Source: Azolla caroliniana
Lineage: Eukaryota > Plantae > Polypodiophyta
Length of the DNA: 64,000 bases
Direction of reading: 5' to 3'
Assembly (NCBI GenBank): GCA_043228905.1
Contig: JBHGNT010000006.1
Span: forward strand, 18,538,001-18,602,000
How positions within the stretch are numbered: position 1 is the stretch's first letter; each line of letters opens with the position of its first letter. Position numbers and translations under genes: made by a program. The notes beneath the pieces are model-generated. The model made no database searches, had not been told where the DNA came from, and was given only the letters and a program-made list of their open reading frames with translations. Below, one piece after another: positions 26,201 to 36,100 of this stretch.

Positions 26201-26694
26201 CTCGATGTGAACGCGAATGCTTTGCCATGTTGCTCCAACATCTCTCGAAACCGTTTTTCTTCTTCTTGTAAGAGGAACCCACCTCCACCGATCCGAAGTT
26301 TCTTCCGGGTCTCATCTGTGAAGGCATGTCCGATATCCACGGTCTTCCGAAGTGTCGGATCTCCCGAGACTTCTTTCCTCTTTTGTTCGCTATCGGCGGG
26401 TAGTCGTCCCGCGGCCGGTTTTACCTTCTTCTCCACGGTCTTGTATTTCGTACTTACCATTGCTTCTTCTTTGCGGAGCGCATCCGGCCCCATTTTCGCA
26501 ACGATCTCATACATCTCGACCGATTCCACCGGGACTACCCGGTTCCCTTGGCTTTTATCTTCCGCAAGCTCTTCAAGCCGTTGTAGTGTATTCCCATAGA
26601 ACACTTCCTCGATCACTCCCACGATTTCTTCGTCTTCTTTTATTATTGATGCCGACCGTAACTTATCCTCCACTTGTCGGTATTGTTTCTTCAT
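23227..26694 (-). CDS. pol: Pol (RT, RNase H, integrase); probably made by -1 frameshift from Gag-PR
   Basis: LPQGATNS / PFLDD (RT), TVDTSPTGIG (RH), HX5HX29CX2C plus D,D,E integrase core. The frame is open upstream through the slippery site at about 26838. Confidence 0.95.
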   Translation of the reverse strand: MKKQYRQVEDKLRSASIIKEDEEIVGVIEEVFYGNTLQRLEELAEDKSQGNRVVPVESVEMYEIVAKMGPDALRKEEAMVSTKYKTVEKKVKPAAGRLPADSEQKRKEVSGDPTLRKTVDIGHAFTDETRKKLRIGGGGFLLQEEEKRFREMLEQHGKAFAFTSREIGCIDPKIVEPMVIFTIDHVPWNLKPIPVPRAHIPKVIDLLKEKVAMGILEPSSAPYSNRWFTVPKKNGSLRFIQDLQPVNKVTIRNSGVGPIVDEFAEAFAGRAIYSIGDLYSGYDQFQLAVESRDITTMRTPIGLVRMCTLPQGATNSVAHMMNAMNKVLRDCIPEITMPFLDDIPMKGCAVEEKDETMDDRGCRKFVVDHIHDCEKVLRKLEDVHLTLSGEKSAFGQEEILVVGHLCGPYGRRPSPTKIDAIQAMKEVCESTSEVRRFLGACAFYHIWIPHYAHIADPLYHLLRKGKKFEWKPEHTKAMRKLKKTLWRAESLKKPSYERPIIVTVDTSPTGIGWVINQADSDGSRYPIRFGAKVLNERQRGYTQVKRELWGVVSAIKSDRDYLIGAEVVIETDCLPILGMMRCCTIPDVAMLRWVAYVKSLNPEVRHISGRDNAVADMLSRARFEDDITESDNEEVSEDYFTSEHICRVNVIREFREEEYEGETLMIGKMLQEVEDSTNDKERRAEIRRKKRQVQKFFLENGLIWRTPKRPDGIPLRVVGTKEQRNRIMSEFHESDWAGHRGTWATFVKIKQRYWWKNMYKDVAEFTESCEKCQVYSGVRHRDELHPTFSPTINFKWMVDIVARPTGIGQKKYLVLAREDLTNQVEGRALRRKTCAAVCQFLLEEVFCRYGCVGQVIADRGELDSDKARGFFAKHGVRLTLTTAYNPEANGKIERGHSPIVKALAKACDGRVKDWPQMLPYALWADRTTHSSVTGYMPAELMTGQAPVMPTETAIATWTILPWKEEMSREELLAVRIRQLEGRPKDVAEASRRQQEARFRNKSRFDTKHRLRPRRIEEGDWVIVYDSSLDHQHTTMRKFAKRWFGPYEVRKVFDNGTYRLSELDGTILRVPIAGKRVKIFKKRTDDKPYVIQVEADNEEQSDEDHNDTGSEESGLQLIVDIRGESEEASDEDGYEESRTSAHTGGCAGLEGASVVV

Positions 26695-26769
26695 TCCTCC
26701 GGTTACGGCCGTGTACGTAGATGCCCCATCCGGGCCGATTCGTACTTGTTTTGCTCCGAGAGTTTTCTT

Positions 26770-26838
26770 CCTGTGTGGGGTATCAGGGCTTCTCGGACTA
26801 TCACTTCCCCACTCCGCAACAGTCCGCTTTAAAAATCC
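26770..26838 (-). promoter_or_regulatory. -1 programmed ribosomal frameshift signal (G GAU UUU plus H-type pseudoknot)
   Basis: Minus strand: GGATTTT TAAAG CGGACTGTTGC GGAGTGGGGAA GTGATAGTCCG ... CCCCAC; pol lies in the -1 frame. Confidence 0.8.
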
Positions 26839-28868
26839 ATTCTCACTTGGGACAAGAGTTCCCTCTTGTTCCTTTCGTGATTTGCCGGCACCGTTAGGAA
26901 TTGGACGGATTTCCCTCCGTTTTGGCTCCGAATTCGCGCAAAAGCCGCACCACTATCGAGCACCTTCGTCTCCATCCGTGAAGCCGTGATAAAGGGTTGG
27001 CCGAGGATGACAGAATGTGAAACCTCATCCTGCACAAAGAAATTTTGGTCAATTTTGACATCCCCGATCTTTACCGTCACATCCGGACAAGCCGCAAATA
27101 GGTCTTCTGTCGTTTTCGTGGCTGCCCGAATCTTCCATCCATGGTTGGTGTTTATAGGCCACTTCCCCTTTCGGTAGAACTCCTTGGACATCAAGTTGAT
27201 CTCCGATCCGTGATCAATCAATGCTAGCACGGGTTCTTTGATGTTACCGATTCGGACCGGAGTCTCCGTAGTCGCACGTGCCCAGTGTGGCCTTGTATAG
27301 TGGGAGTTCGGAATTTCGCCTTCCACTTCGGTGTCGTTCATTGAAACGGTATTTGCATTCACCTTTGGAGCATTTTCCTCCGTACTTTGTCTCTTCCTTT
27401 TCACGAGATCCACGAGAAGATCGTGAAACTCCTTCTTCGCTATTCCGAGTAGTTCCCGCAGCGAAAAATCTACCCGGCTATCCAAGATTCTTTCCTCGAA
27501 CACTCTTTTCAAGTCGGTTTGTTGTTCTATGTCCGAGGCGAGCTTGAATGCCGGAGTCACCTTTTCTTTTCCCTTACCTCCGGAGTTCCAGCTTTCCGGT
27601 ATCTTCGATGGTCCGGCTGCATCCTCCATGCGCCGTCGTTTCTCGTCCACATACACCTCATGTAATTGACACAGGGCGTATATGCTATTCTTGTCGACAG
27701 GGCACTCCCATCCCGTAGCTTCCCGGACGCCTTCCGCGGTGTTTCGGATATCGTTGGAGTCGGTTTTCTCGGTGTTTCCTAGCACCTCCGGCCAGAAAGA
27801 CGCCTTCGCTCCCGTTGACTCCCCGACACATATTCCCGCGGTTGTCGCATAGTTGCTTCTTGCCGCTAACTCCTCCTCGAGCACCTTCTTCATGCCGCCT
27901 TTCCGGAAGTTCGGTCGGAGTGGCTTCCGAGAGTCCATCGAATGAATCCGGTTTCCCTCGTAGTAGATGAGATCCCGTCGTAGCGCCTCCTTATGGTCGT
28001 CGCAATCCCTCCGATCGTGTTCGGCGCTATCGCACCATATGCACCGTCGATCCGTATATTTGGAGCTTGCGGGGCGGTCATCCGACTTCTTCACCATCGC
28101 GATCTTTAGATTCTCCATCTCCTTCAGCAGCTGCTCCACCGTAGACGCGTCGACTCCCTTCTCGGCCGTAATCTCCCGAGCCCTCGGTTGATGGTCTTCC
28201 AGTCCCGTTCTCGGTTTCGGAATCGGTTCCGAAACCCTCTTTTCTTCGTTGGCAAGCCATTGCCCCCTCTTCGTGTACCGCGCGACGATATCCCGCACGC
28301 TTTCCCATGTTTCGGTGAGGCCGCTTTCGGTGGTCGTGTCCTCAAGAAGCACTCCGAGGTCTTTCCGGTCCCGGACGTCCACAGCTCGCAAAAACATGAT
28401 GACTTTGTCCGGTGCAAGAATAGTTTGATCTCTCGCGGACAACCTCCCGAACCGACTTTCGAATGTCGAAAACACTTCGAGGACCTTCAGCCCCTTACCT
28501 GACGTTTCCACCCAATCCTCGAATCCCCTCCGCGTTGCCTTGGAAGAGTCCTCGATGGCAAACGTGGTCTTTAACGCCTCTTCGAATGCTTCCCACGTCG
28601 GATTTTGTTGTTGCAACCCGTGGATACTCCCTTGAAGCCCGTCGGTCGCCACCCGGTTAAAGGATGTCACTTGCAGTCCTTCCGAAGCCCGGCACCGGAG
28701 CATCTCCGCCTTGTAGTCCTGCAAATATCGCGACACATCCTTACCATTAAATTGCCCGTTGCGTTGCACGAGCCGCTCTACTGATGCCGAAATCTCCGAC
28801 ATCGTGCGTTGTTCTTGAAGCATCCGTTCGAACATCGCCATCATATTGTTAGCTTGTTGAGCCTCCAT
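26829..28868 (-). CDS. gag: Gag-protease polyprotein
   Basis: First ATG after the PBS (MEAQQ); zinc knuckle CIWCDSAEHDRRDC; protease ALIDHGSEIN...VILGQPF. Confidence 0.92.
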   Translation of the reverse strand: MEAQQANNMMAMFERMLQEQRTMSEISASVERLVQRNGQFNGKDVSRYLQDYKAEMLRCRASEGLQVTSFNRVATDGLQGSIHGLQQQNPTWEAFEEALKTTFAIEDSSKATRRGFEDWVETSGKGLKVLEVFSTFESRFGRLSARDQTILAPDKVIMFLRAVDVRDRKDLGVLLEDTTTESGLTETWESVRDIVARYTKRGQWLANEEKRVSEPIPKPRTGLEDHQPRAREITAEKGVDASTVEQLLKEMENLKIAMVKKSDDRPASSKYTDRRCIWCDSAEHDRRDCDDHKEALRRDLIYYEGNRIHSMDSRKPLRPNFRKGGMKKVLEEELAARSNYATTAGICVGESTGAKASFWPEVLGNTEKTDSNDIRNTAEGVREATGWECPVDKNSIYALCQLHEVYVDEKRRRMEDAAGPSKIPESWNSGGKGKEKVTPAFKLASDIEQQTDLKRVFEERILDSRVDFSLRELLGIAKKEFHDLLVDLVKRKRQSTEENAPKVNANTVSMNDTEVEGEIPNSHYTRPHWARATTETPVRIGNIKEPVLALIDHGSEINLMSKEFYRKGKWPINTNHGWKIRAATKTTEDLFAACPDVTVKIGDVKIDQNFFVQDEVSHSVILGQPFITASRMETKVLDSGAAFARIRSQNGGKSVQFLTVPANHERNKRELLSQVRMDF

Positions 28869-29713
28869 CTCCTTGCCACCCGCTTTCACGTCGGGTTCAC
28901 CAACTGTGTCGTGCCTTTCGGCTCCGGATCGTTGCGTGAGTCGGGTGGGAACCACAGAGGTCTTGGACTAGGAGAAAGAAGTTCGTGAGATAGAGATTAA
29001 TTATGAGTAAATAGCAAAGAGAAAGATAAGAAACTCGTGAATCACACGAGTATACTATATTAATTGGTACTTAGGGTGTTAAGAGAGAAGTAGACGTATA
29101 AATCGTGAATCCCACGAATAATTTTTGTATTGATTAATTCTTAATCCAAAAAATCAACAACCCTTTACATATTTCTCTCCTCCTTATATAAGGGAGGAAG
29201 AGCTAAGCATGGCTTCATGCTTTTTTTTTACAAAAAGTGTTCATGTCCACTAAATGTGCATGTGATGCTTTTTTATTTCCTAAGTATAGGGCTCATGCAC
29301 GCTAGATGTGCATGAGTTATTTTTAGTGTCTCGTGTTTTTCTTTTTCATATATTAAAAAAATACACGATTTACCTTTTAATAAAGGTATGCATAAATAAA
29401 GGTCTTATACGTATTAAATCTATATTTAAAACACTTAAGATAAGTTAATGTAATGGTAAGGTTGGGGTTTGTCAACGTGGAGGTGCAGAGTTCGAATCAC
29501 GCCCTGCGCAGTAGTGAGTATTTCCTTTCTTTTTACATTTATGTCTCTTTATCCGGCTCTTCCTTGCCGGTATGCCGTTTTCTTCCTTGCCGGTATGCCG
29601 TTTTCCCTCCTTGCCGGTATGCCGTTTTCTTCCGGTTCTCACCGAGCACTCCATTCTCTATCCGGAGGGACAAAAATATAATTTCCACATAGTGTGCAAC
29701 CTACACTACGACA

Positions 29714-30050
29714 CCGTGAACCATCGATTTGAGTACGGAGCAGTTGATGGCTCTAGAATCCCCATTGCCACCTTCTCCTTGAGCAAGTCAATGACTTTCG
29801 GAATATGCACTTGTGGCACTGGAATCGGCTTCCGGTTCCACGGTACATGGTCAATCGTGAAGATCACCATCGGCACCACTATTCTCGGATCGACGCACCC
29901 TATCTCCCTTGATGTAAATGCAAACGCTTTGCCGTGTTGCTCCAACATCTCGCGAAACCGTTCTTCTTCTTTTTGTAATAGGAACCCACCTCCACCGATC
30001 CGAAGTTTCTTCCGGGTCTCATCCGTGAAGGCATGTCCGATATCCACGGA
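29714..30050 (-). pseudogene. pol: Remainder of A1 pol, ending at a deletion that fuses it to an LTR interior
   Basis: Translation matches the A2 Pol N-terminus; the sequence jumps into LTR sequence at about 30052. Confidence 0.88.
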
Positions 30051-30051
30051 T

Positions 30052-30273
30052 TGCTTTTTCACCAAAAGTGTCCATGCACACTAAATGTGCATGTGATGCT
30101 TTGTCATTTCCTAAGTATAGGGCTCATGCACGCTAGATGTGCATGAGTCACTTTTAATGTCACGTGTAAATAAAATATTCACACCCTAAAGAATACATGA
30201 TTTTTACCTTTTAATAAAGGTATGTGTAAATAAAGGTCTTATACGTATTAAATCTATATGTATAACACTAAAG
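30052..30273 (-). repeat. Partial family A LTR (continues at 58691-58867)
   Basis: Matches 19285-19503; split by element B1 with TSD TAAAG. Confidence 0.9.
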
Positions 30274-30756
30274 TGTTACCGGCCGACAAAGGAGTGCATA
30301 GTGGGAAACGGAGAGCTAATTAAGTAGTAGAAATGTGGTTGTAATTAAGCTATGAGTGTGGACGGACGGACCGGAATCGGTATGCTGTTCCGGATCCGGA
30401 CCGATCCTGAACAGGTGCGGATGGCACTGTTTTGTAATACAGACCGAAAACCTATTTAAAGGCCCGGATACAATGTAATAGTTAGCGGTTAATTAATGAA
30501 AGCTTAAGTGTTATATCTCTGTGTCAATTGCCGTTCTGTCTTAATTGTTATATCTTACGCGTGTTATGAAGACGATCCTAATAAGTAACTTGATTAAGTC
30601 GGATTAAGCGTTGAAGTCTAATCCGGTTGCCGTAACACCCTTTGGTGAAGTGTCTCCCGTAGACACCCTGTGTTAGGCCATTGTCCGGCCCGAAGAGTTA
30701 ACACAGTTTTTGGCGACCACGATTCCTGTTTTTGCAGCGAACGACGGCACGGATGG

Positions 30757-32246
30757 ATGTCTAGATCAACGCACGACCTGGTTACAGATCGAACTCGACG
30801 CCTTGCCGAAAGGCAAAGGAGACGCGAGGCTTTCCAGCAAGCAGCGCAGGAAATTAGAGCGGATCACTCATTTTCCAACGTAATCCGGAGAGTAGCAGAG
30901 GACTCCCACTGGTTACAGCAAACATCGCACCCGGACGACGGCAGTAGCCTAAGCAGCCTCCGGGAAACCGAATCCCTTCTCCACGCGTTGGCAAACGGAG
31001 AAGGCGAAGCAGACGCCTTTTCAGCATATGAATCGGACTCCGAAGGGGAATACAGCGTGCACACGAACTACCGTAGCAGCAACGAAACCCCGGGCGGACC
31101 GGAGGACGAAGGATCGGATACCTTAATGACACCGGAACCGGAACCGGAAGTGCTAACGCTGGAACCCCCGGAACCAGCAGAAGAAGAACGACCTCCGACA
31201 CCGGAAGTCGAGGAGGAGAGGCCTCCGTCACCAGCGGAAGAGAAACAACCGACACCGGAATCAAATCGGGAAAGACCACCGACACCGGAGAAAATTCCGG
31301 AACGAGCACCAACACTACCAGCCCGCGCACCGATATTGGACGACGACATGCCGTTCCAGTACTCCAAGTATAGAGATGATCCGGACGCGGAAGCTCATGT
31401 GCATGCATTTGAACAGACATGGGAAGCCAACCATGTGTCCCAGCGACTGACACCGAAGGAAGAAGAACGCTCTAAGATAGCAGAGTTTGGCGTCACATTG
31501 GAGGGACCGGCAGCAAGATGGCGCCGGACGCAGGACCCGTCTACCATCAACACCTTTGCAGATTTAAAAGCTAAATTCATGCAATTTTTTCAAAAGGAGG
31601 TGGACCAGACCGTAATGGTAGGCTTATTTTATACCATCCGGCAAGAGGCAGGGGAGAGCATTCCCCAATTTGTCATCCGGTTTCAACGGATGCATAGTCA
31701 GCTTACCCGTGCACCCCCGGAGGAGGAATTACGGACGATATTCCTAAACGCGCTCCGGGAACCCCTACGCACGGTTTGCACGGTAATCGATTTCCGCACA
31801 AGTACCATCGACCAGGTCATTGACCGGGTGAAAGAGATGGAAAAGACAAGCTCCTGGCTCACACTGGGCGCACTTCAACGGGCGTTACCGTCCGATGAAG
31901 ACCTCCGGTTTCGGCAAGCAATACAGTGCACAACCTGCTTGAATTCCGGACACTCGGCTCTAGAATGCACTATGAGGACGCAATGTGTAATCTATCAATC
32001 CAAGAGCCATACGACGGATAGGTGCGAGTATAATCTGTTGACTCGGCAAGCACCGCCCGTCCGACAAATTGATCCACGCCACGCAACAGCCGGGATGAAG
32101 AAGACGAACGCTGGCGACGAATGGACGGTGACCGACCGGCACAGGATGTCCGGTATGGCGAGCGACGGGAAAATGATGTCGGGTATGGCGAGCGATGGGA
32201 AAATAATGTCCGGTACGGCGAGCGACGGGAAAATGATGTCCGGTAC
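30757..32246 (+). pseudogene. gag: B1 gag, 5' part
   Basis: MSRSTHDL...; RPPTPE repeats; CTTCLNSGHSALEC knuckle; 30-bp tandem repeat near 32144-32246. Confidence 0.88.
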
Positions 32247-33113
32247 GGTAGTTTTGGTTCGTGCGGCGAAGTCGCAGGGACTAAGGTTAAGGGGAGTTGA
32301 AGGAACTTTTATTAGGCTTGCGCGCAAATGTTAGGAAGATAAAGGATATGAGGAATAATAGTTTAAAGTAATATGTGTGAGAGAGAGACTAGTATAGATA
32401 AAAGATAGAGGCAATGTATGATTCAAGACGCAAGATAGAGACAAAGTATGATTTAAGACAAAAAAGTATATGATATGAACATGATGTATATTATGAATAC
32501 AAGATTTTACCAACTTTACAATGTTTGGTAGCAAGATGAACCCTTTCTCTACCGACCCTTGATTCGAACTCTTAACTCCAACTTGAAAACACGAGCCTCT
32601 TCACCAACAAGCTAACTTGTTTATTTCTTTGATTATCTTATTTCTCTAACTTTCTCTTGATTCATTGATTCCCTTTTGTTTTCCTTTCCTCTCTTTTTAT
32701 AAGTATTTCCATGCATATGGTAATGTCATGCATGAGTTACATCTGATGCATGATCGCCATTTGGCGCACATGCATTGCATGTGATGCATGATAGCCATCA
32801 TGCTCATTTGAGCTCCCATGTATTGGGATAAGTATAATGATGGATATAACCCTAAAACAAATAACTTAGCTTAGTGGTGTATGGTTTGTGCTTGATATAC
32901 AAGGTTGAGGGTTCAAGTCCCTCAATTTTACTTAATACAATATATAGCTTCATTCTTATATCATGAAGCACATTTATTACACACTCTTACAAATAAATAG
33001 CCTAGCCTAGTGGTATGTACATTGTACATCGTATATAAGGATGTGGGTTCAAGTCTCTAAAATATTATTAAATACAACATTTAAGCTCATTTTTATATCG
33101 TGAAGCACATTCT

Positions 33114-36100
33114 TCACGACACCCACCCCCTCTGAACTTGCACATTGGTTGTGCAGAGTTCATCCAACACTTCTTCTGATTCTTTTAGTTCTTCTACTTC
33201 TTCATAAAATTTAGGCTCTAATGACTCCCTCCTTTTAAATATTTTAATCCTTTTTCCTGCAATTGGGATACGAATTTCTGTCCCATCTAATTCATTGAGG
33301 AAATATGTGGCTTTATCTGTTATTTTCCTAACTTCATAAGGTCCAAACCATCTTTTTGCAAACTTCCGAATAGTACTGTATTGATTATCTAGGCTATTAT
33401 CATATACTAATACCCAATCTCCCTCTTGCACCTTTCTTGGTCGTATTCTTTTCATCTTGTCAAATCTGTCCTTATTCTTGATTCTTGCCTCTTTCAATCT
33501 AGTAGCTGCTTTTTCTATGTCTTCTATCCTTGATTGAAGTTGTCGTATTCGAACCGCAAGTAAATCTTCCCTACTCATTTCCGATTCCCAAGGCAACACA
33601 GCCCATGTAGTTATCTTTTCTTCAATTGGCATTATTGGCTTCTGTCCTGTGATTAATTCTGCAGGCATATATCCAGTAACAGTGCTGTGAGTTGTCCTAT
33701 CAGCCCATAGTGCATAGGGTAAGGTTTTTGGCCAATCACTGACCCGTCCTCTACATGCCTTTGCCAAAGCTTTGACTATTGGCCCATGTCCCCTTTCTAC
33801 CTTTCCATTAGCTTCTGGATTGTACGCCGTTGTCAAAGAAAGCCGAATTCCTATTTTGTCGAAAAAATCTTGAGCTTCCGCAGAATTGAGTTCTCCCCTA
33901 TCTGCCACTATCTTCCCGATACATCCATATCTACAAACAATGTCCTCCAAGATGAATTGACATACCCCTAATGTCCCTTTTGTTCGCAATGAACGGCCTT
34001 CCACTTGATTTGTTAGATCTTCTCTAGCAAGAACCAAGTATCTCTTTTGTCCTACTCCAAGTGGCATTGTTACCAAATCTATCATCCACTTGTAATGCAC
34101 CCCCGGTGAGTATGTTGGGTGTAATTCATCACAAAATTTTACGTTTGAATAATATTGACAAGTGGGACAAGTTTCCACATACTTTTTTATTTGCTCATAG
34201 TATCGAGGCCACCAAAATCGTTCTTTAATCTTACTGAAAGTGGCCCACACTCCTCGATGACCAGCCCATTCTTTGTCATGCAGCTCTCTGATTATCTCCT
34301 TTCTTTGCCCTTCAGAACCTATTACTCTTTGCGGGTTTCCAGTCTTGGTTTTCGGATGTCGCCATAGATATCCTTCATGCAGGAAGAACTTATGGGCTTT
34401 CTTGCGAAACTGTGCGAACTCTTTTCTAGATCGACCTTTGTACTTGTCAGGGGTTTGTAGGTATTTCCCTATTTCCTTGAATTCTTCTTCATACTCCTCT
34501 TCTAGAAACTGCATTCCTCCTTCCCGAGTAATGCTTGTGGTAAGGACTGTTTGTTCTTTGTCCTCATCGTCCGAGTCTGGAATCTCCTCTTCCTCATACC
34601 TTGCTCTTGATAACATATCTGCTACTGCATTTCTATTCCCAGAGATATGTCGAACTTCAGGGTTGATTGATCTAATATAGATACACCATCTTAACATGGC
34701 TTGATCTGGAATATCACAATTAGCTATGATACCCAGAATAGGCAAACTATCAGTTTCTATTATTACTTCAGCACCAATTAAGTAATCTCTGTCTGTCTTT
34801 ACAGTTGTTACTATCCCCCATAGCTCTCTTTTCACCTGTGCATATTTTCTTTGTCGACCACTAAGAACCTTTGCCCCGAATCGGACTGGATACCTTTCTT
34901 CCCTATCTCTTTGGCTTATCACCCATCCAATTCCAATGGGACTAGAGTCTACTGTGAGATATATGGGTCGGGTGTAGTCTGGTTGCTTTAATGGTGGAGC
35001 TTGTGCCAAGTAGTACTTCAATTTCTTCATTGCCTCTGAATGCTCTTCACTCCATTCAAATGTCTCTCCTTTTCTTAGGAGTCTATATAAAGGTTCAGAT
35101 AAATGGGCATAATGCGGAATCCATTTACAGTAAAAAACACATACCCCCAGAAACCTTCGTACTTCTGAGATGGATGTACATTCCTCTTGCATATTTTGAA
35201 TTGCATTGACCTTGGTTGGGGATGGCTTTCTCCCATACGGGCCACACATATGACCAATTATTAATATCTCTTTTGCCCCAAATATTGACTTCGCCCCTGA
35301 TAAGGTCAAATGCACTTCTTCCATCCTTGATAGCACCTTCTCACAATCCTTGATATGATCAGCAACGAATTGACGGCAACCACTTTCGTCCAATTCCTCA
35401 TTCTTCTCTTCCTCCTTGCATCCCTTAATTGGAACATCATCTAGAAAAGGCATTGTAATATGAGGAATAAAATCACGAAGTACCTTGTTCATTCCATTCA
35501 TCATATGCGCCACCGAGTTGGTCGCTCCTTGCGGCAAGGTGCACATCCGTACTAACCCTATAGGTGTCTTGATAGAAGTTATATCTCGACTTTTGATAGC
35601 AAGTTGAAATTGATCATACCCGGAATAAAGGTCTCCCATTGAATATATAGCTCTTCCTGCAAACATCTCAGCAAACTCATCCACAATTGGCCCTACTCCC
35701 GAGTTTCGGATTGTTACCTTATTCACGGGTTGCATATCTTGGATAAATCGGAGTCGCCCATCTTTCTTTAACACAGTGAACCATCGACTCGAGTAAGGAG
35801 CGTTCGATGGTTCCAAGATACCCATCCTTATCTTTTCTTTCAAAAGTTCTAATAGTTGAGGGATTCTAGCCCTAGGCATGGGTATTGGCTTAAAGTTCCA
35901 TGGAATATGAGGGATAGTGAATATAACCATGGGCTCCACAATTTCTGGATCCACACACCCTATTTCCTCCGGTTGGAATGCGAACGCCTTTCCATGCCTT
36001 TTTAACATCTCCCTGAACTGCTTTTCTTCAGCGGGTAATAGGAAGTCACCCCCTCCTATTTTCATCCCTTGTATTGTTTCCGGAGTAAACACATGTCCTA

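Larger units (their letters stand above)
22433..29713 (-). mobile_element. Intact, young Ty3/gypsy family A element (A2)
   Basis: 807-bp LTRs at 22433-23239 and 28907-29713 (I found one mismatch by eye). 4-bp TSD CCGT. 18-nt PBS complementary to the tRNA-Trp 3' end at 28885-28902, a PPT, and two open ORFs. Confidence 0.96.

Noticed and set aside
29709-29717. 5-bp TSD ACCGT for element A2
   Set aside because: It would need the terminal A of the LTR; the sister LTR ends CGACA and the 51841 element also shows a 4-bp TSD.
30670-32334. 554-aa ORF as an intact protein
   Set aside because: It is chimeric: it starts in the LTR, shifts frame near 32090 and ends inside the LTR of element E.
32860-32930. 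Functional tRNA gene
   Set aside because: A and B boxes and the T-arm are present, but I could not form acceptor or anticodon stems; reported as a tRNA-derived module instead.
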